Positions 62,872 to 64,000 of a stretch of DNA of 64,000 nucleotides are shown piece by piece; position 1 is the first letter of the stretch, and every line of letters starts with the position of its first letter. The DNA comes from Felis catus (lineage: Eukaryota), in the NCBI RefSeq assembly GCF_018350175.1, contig NC_058368.1:12834001-12898000 (forward strand). Direction: 5' to 3'. The position numbers and the translations under genes are program-made. A model generated the notes under the pieces. It was not told where the DNA came from. It was given only the letters and a program-made list of their open reading frames with translations, and did not search any database.

Positions 62872-63015
62872 TAAAATCTACATGTGAGAATGAAACAATA
62901 AAGCTTTAAAAAAACACAAGAACATTTTGATGACTTTGGAGTTGGCAAAGATTTTTTAAAAAATAGTATACACATTCAAATTAAAATTTTCTGTTCATCA
63001 AAAGAAACCATCAAG

Positions 63016-63357
63016 GAACTAGAGAATATTACGCTAAGCGAAATTAGTCAGAGAAAGACAAATATCATATGACTTCACTCATATGAGACTTTAAGACACA
63101 GAACAGATGAACACAGGGAAGGGAAGCAAAAACATAAAAACAGGGAGGGGGACAAAACATAAGAGACTCTTAAATATGGAGAACAAACAGAGGGTTATTG
63201 TAGGGGTTTTGGGAGGGGGGATGGGCTAAATGGGTAAGGGGCAGTAAGGAATCTACTCCTGAAATCATTGTTGCACTATATGCTAACTAACTTGGATGTA
63301 AATTAACAAAATAAAATAAAATAAAAAAGAAATCAGCAAAAAAAAAAAAGCAAAGAA
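63016..63357 (+). mobile_element. Short 5'-truncated feline L1 (3'UTR) nested in L1M
   Basis: Feline-type 3'UTR (cataagagactcttaaa..gagaacaaac); TSD aaagaaaccat(c/t)aag (63001-63015, 63358-63372). Confidence 0.9.
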
Positions 63358-64000
63358 AAAGAAACCATTAAGAGAGTTCAAAGCCAAAAACCACACATAG
63401 GAAAGAGATATTTACAATACACGTGTTTGAAAAATCAGTAAGAGACAAATAAAAAAATGGCAAAAAGATTTGAATACGCACTTTACAAGAGAATATTCTG
63501 ATCACTGATACACATAAGATTCCTAACATCATTAATGATTAGGGCAATTAAAACCATGATGAGATTTCTCTACAAACCTACCAGAATGGCTAAAATTAAA
63601 AGACTTGCTGGTTGGTAAGGATGCAGAGAAACTGTAACCCTTATGAATTGTTGGTGGGAATGTAAAATTGTGCAGCTGCCATAGAAAACAGTATGGTTGT
63701 TACTCAAAAAATTAAACATAGAATCACCATGTGATACAATTCTCCTTCTGGGTCTATGCCCCAAAGAAGTGAAATCAGGAGCTTACACAGATATTTGTAC
63801 AAAAATGTTCCTAGCAGTTTTATTCACAAAAGCCAAAAGATGGAAATAACCCAAATATCTATCAACAGATATGGATGAACAAAGTATAAACTTACACTGG
63901 AATATTATTCAGCCTTAAAAAGGAATAAAACTATATTATGTGCTACAATGTAGATGAGCCTTAAAGACAACATGGTGAGTGAAATAAACCAGACACAAAA

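Larger units (their letters stand above)
62210..64000 (+). mobile_element. Old L1M ORF2/3' fragments running off the window, with younger insertions
   Basis: aaattgacagctgactctaaaatttat...ccaatggaccagaatacagagttcagaaacaaatccacacatatatgg; ends in the 3'UTR tggaatattattcagccttaaaaagg. Confidence 0.85.

Noticed and set aside
1..64000. CRISPR arrays, operons, rRNA or functional tRNA genes
   Set aside because: Mammalian non-coding DNA; repeated ~200-bp units are dispersed SINEs and all tRNA-like sequences are SINE heads

Overview
Mammalian genomic DNA from a felid, most likely domestic cat. The evidence is more than 30 tRNA-derived carnivore SINEs with the feliform-type insert (SINEC_Fc-like) and feline-type L1 sequence. 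The window opens on the edge of a CpG island (1-240) and is otherwise non-coding (intergenic or a large intron). I found no host protein-coding exon, and the only recognisable protein sequence is LINE-1. It also holds L1 copies of several ages, MaLR/ERVL solo LTRs, MER5A and MER53 DNA-transposon relics, MIR/L2 relics and microsatellites. The most notable observations are: a twin-primed, 5'-inverted young L1 with TSDs; a 42-bp local sequence copied into a SINE 2.2 kb away; a bare poly(A) insertion with a 17-bp TSD; a collapsed, possibly spliced, old L1; a degenerate hammerhead-ribozyme-like core; a CpG-retaining ancient hairpin; a strong CTCF motif; and several candidate enhancers. Repeat family names come from my recall of consensus sequences, not from a database search. 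I see no convincing novel biological system.
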